A program made the position numbers and the translations under genes. A DNA stretch of 64,000 nucleotides from an uncultured delta proteobacterium (lineage in GTDB: Bacteria; Desulfobacterota; Binatia; UBA9968): assembly GCA_963745035.1 (NCBI GenBank), contig CAVUVW010000025.1:64001-128000 (forward strand), in the 5' to 3' direction. Shown here in pieces: positions 61,406 through 64,000 of the stretch; within the stretch, counting starts at the first letter, position 1, and the number at the start of each line of letters is the position of its first letter. Under the pieces are notes generated by a model that was not told the DNA's origin, made no database searches, and was given only the letters and a program-made list of their open reading frames with translations.

Positions 61406-62989
61406 TTACTCTCCCAAAACGAGCAAATGCCAGGTCGTGTCCCCCAGCGTGTTGCGTGCGATGATCGACTCGGCCGCCATCGCCGGCAACTTCCGCAGCG
61501 CGCGCTCCTTTACTAAAACATAACTCTTTTCGCCGGCATCGCGAAGTCTGGCGATTTCCGCGGGCGCATCGAGCACCGGAATTTTTTCCCGCCGCGCGTA
61601 GTAGTTGAAGTCGTTGGTCGTGTCCTCGTAGACGTAGAGCGGCGCCGCCGCGGGCACCCGCCGGTTGATCTCCGCGGCGAACTGCCGGTGCGATTTGAAC
61701 GGTTCCAGACGGGGAAACACCCAAAAGGCAGCGGTGACGGTCAACAACAGCATCATCGCGCCGAGGGAGATAGCGACCGGCTCCGGGCGTCGCCGCAAGA
61801 TGAGCGCAGTAGCCGCCAAACCGCCGGACGCCGCGACGATGGTTGAGGGTAAAAGCAGCCAGAAAAACTCCGGGCGCAGAGTCCATACTGCTATCGGAAG
61901 CGCCAGGCCGGCGAGCGCGACCGAGCCGAAGAAGATCACCGCGAACCAGAGTTTAAGGCCGCCGCCGGCCCAGTCTTGCGCCGCCAGATCATTTAGATAA
62001 TTCGCCACCAGCAGCGCCAGCGGCGGGAATAGTGGCAGTAAATAAAGATCCCGTTTGGTGGCCGAGAGCAAAAAAAATGTTAAGACCACGGCGAACCACA
62101 GGAAAAAAAACTGCGCTTGGGGATGGTTCCACGACAGCCGATAGCTGCGACCCGCGGTGGCCGGGATCAAGAACGCCGTCCAGGGAAGAAAATCCGCGGG
62201 GAAAGTGGTCAAATAATAGTAAAAAGGCTGATGGTGCCCCGTTCCAACGACGTAGCGCTGGAGATGATGAACGTAGAGGAAATCGATGACCCACTTGCCT
62301 TCACTGGCGCGGCTCGCCAGGTAAAACCACGGTCCCGCCACCGCGGCGAAGAGCGGGATGCCCAGCGGCAGCTTGGCCGCTCGTAGGAGGCTCCAGTCGC
62401 GGCGCGCGATCATGAACGCGATCAACAGCAGAGCCGGCAAGACGATGCCGATCAGCCCCTTCGTCAAGGTCGCCAGCGCCATGAAGACATAGGCCGGCAG
62501 GATTTCATTGGGCCCGCCCCGGCGCAAAAGCGCGCGCGCGCCGAAATAGATCGTCAGCAAAAAGAACCAGCTAAAGAGCAGGTCCACGTGCGCCCAGCGC
62601 GCTTCCCAGATCACGCGAAACGAAGTGGCGATTACCAGCGCCGCGAGCGCGCCGACGCGCGCGGAATAAAAATCGCGGCCGATGAAGTATGTCGTCAAGA
62701 CAAAACCGACCCCACCCAGAGCGGCGGGCAAGCGCACCGCCCACTCGCTCACTCCGCCCGATAGCTTGGCGGCGAGCAGCGCCATCCAGAAGTATAGAAT
62801 TGGTTTGTCCGTATAGAGCGCGCCGTTGATCGTGGGCACGACCCATTCACCTTTGGCGAACATCACGCGCACGATCTCGGCATAGCGCGGCTCCACCGGC
62901 GCCCAGAGATCGCGCGCGCCGAGCCCGGGGAAAAAGAGCAGCAGCGCAAAGCAGAACACGCTTGCGGGATAATACCTGTGAAGATTCAA
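61406..62989 (-). CDS. ArnT-like GT-C glycosyltransferase (PMT_2 / family 39-83)
   Basis: EPRYAEIVRVM, DKPILYFW, RLPAAL, LTKG, HHQPFYYY, TKRDLYLLP. Confidence 0.9.
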   Translation of the reverse strand: MNLHRYYPASVFCFALLLFFPGLGARDLWAPVEPRYAEIVRVMFAKGEWVVPTINGALYTDKPILYFWMALLAAKLSGGVSEWAVRLPAALGGVGFVLTTYFIGRDFYSARVGALAALVIATSFRVIWEARWAHVDLLFSWFFLLTIYFGARALLRRGGPNEILPAYVFMALATLTKGLIGIVLPALLLIAFMIARRDWSLLRAAKLPLGIPLFAAVAGPWFYLASRASEGKWVIDFLYVHHLQRYVVGTGHHQPFYYYLTTFPADFLPWTAFLIPATAGRSYRLSWNHPQAQFFFLWFAVVLTFFLLSATKRDLYLLPLFPPLALLVANYLNDLAAQDWAGGGLKLWFAVIFFGSVALAGLALPIAVWTLRPEFFWLLLPSTIVAASGGLAATALILRRRPEPVAISLGAMMLLLTVTAAFWVFPRLEPFKSHRQFAAEINRRVPAAAPLYVYEDTTNDFNYYARREKIPVLDAPAEIARLRDAGEKSYVLVKERALRKLPAMAAESIIARNTLGDTTWHLLVLGE

Positions 62990-63101
62990 TCCGAAGAACC
63001 GCGACGCTGGTGTTAATCATCCTTAGCAGCGGCGCGGTGTTTTTGCCAGGATTTTAGCCGTACAGAGATGTCGTCCAGGTGAGCCAGACCTGGCCCCAAC
63101 C

Positions 63102-63138
63102 AAAAAAAACGGGGAACGGCATCTCACCGCTCCCCGTT
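63102..63138 (-). terminator. Intrinsic terminator after the porin gene
   Basis: AACGGGGAGCGG-loop-CCGTTCCCCGTT followed by a T-run on the minus strand. Confidence 0.8.
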
Positions 63139-63158
63139 CGGACGAACAGTCAAAGCGC

Positions 63159-64000
63159 TTAGAACGCGTAGATCAGCTGCGCCGCCAAGGTCGTCTGATT
63201 TTTGTCGGCCCGGCTCGATCCCTTTTTGAAGAAGGCCTCGTCCGCCCAGTCCTGGCGAACTTCCATCCGGCCGAGGAGCATCTTGGTGAATTTATAGGAA
63301 CCCGTCAGAGTGATTTCGGCTAACGTCTGTTGCGCATGGGTACCCGAGAAATTTCCGCCCAAACGCGCGCCGTCACGGTCTTTGAAGAACTCCCCGCGCA
63401 ACGCCGTGGTGAAACGATCAGTCCAGCCATAGGAAACGATTCCGGCCAATCCATGCCACATCGCATCGCGAGTGCCACCCAAAGACGCGTCTTCTTCCTT
63501 ACCGTAGCTATACTCAAGAATGATCGCGAGCGGGTCGAACGGCTTGATGGTCGCCACATGGCTCATGACAAAACGCTGATCGCCCGTGTTGCTGCGCTGC
63601 TCGGGTCCGAAGATGAAGTTACTGGCCAACGCAGAACTGATCGATCGGCGTAAAGTTAAATCCCCACATGCCGGAAGGCTGTCTATTGTTGTCTCTGGGA
63701 TTGTCCCAGCCGGTCACTACGCCGGCGTTGATCGACAGCGTCTTAAGCACCGGATACGTGAAAAGCATACCGAGATGGCGAATCGGTATGGCAAAGTTGA
63801 AAAGGAACGATCGGGAAAAATTATCGTTATAGGCGCCCGGATTGGGGAGAATTTCGGTCCCCAGAGTTGTCACGAAGAGGCCGCCCTTCACGCCAATCCC
63901 CTCGCCAACGGGAATAGTTGTCGTTAAATAGGCCTCACGCACCTCGGCCGACGGCTCGCTGGTCAGCGATTTGCCCCACAGGGTCGCTTCGCGCAGGAGC
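63159..64000 (-). CDS. Outer-membrane beta-barrel porin (BBP2/DUF1597-like), 5' partial, frameshift near 63633
   Basis: EAYL, NDNFSRSFLF, GVVTGWD, ALRGEFFKDRDGAR, EVRQD, C-terminal LIYAF. Confidence 0.75.

Overview
GC-rich Gram-negative bacterial DNA, almost all coding on the minus strand. Gene content and style suggest a deltaproteobacterial/Binatia-like genome; that is an inference, not a database result. In coordinate order: (1) 1-9.5 kb, a type II secretion operon transcribed as gspE-F-G-H-I-J-K-L-M-C-(D); (2) 9.5-13.9 kb, a cupin, an O-antigen-ligase-like protein, a WcaJ-like priming transferase and a GT4, directly upstream of gspE; (3) 14-34 kb, a mosaic polysaccharide block that is visibly AT-richer in parts. 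It holds a lipid-linked amino-sugar decoration cassette, gmd, a WbdA-like triple-GT4 polymerase, an FkbM/coiled-coil terminator, wzm/wzt and extra methyltransferases, and is bracketed by a near-intact GT2 gene and an orphan 3' third of the same gene; (4) 34-47 kb, glycosyltransferases interleaved with three unrelated exported proteins (PQQ sugar dehydrogenase, FN3/PTT-linker protein, S8 protease) that all end in the same tandem Cys-decorated 'NISTR' module. One of them lies behind a sigma54 promoter and a c-di-GMP-I riboswitch, and the protease is preceded by a stand-alone copy of its own propeptide; (5) 47-64 kb, housekeeping genes (lptD, folC, trpABFCD, SPOR, argS, kptA), an ArnT-like GT-C and a porin. 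Several single-base frameshifts, including in folC and trpF, point to long-read indel errors. Best candidate for an undescribed system: a T2SS + surface glycan + shared C-terminal 'NISTR' sorting/anchoring module.
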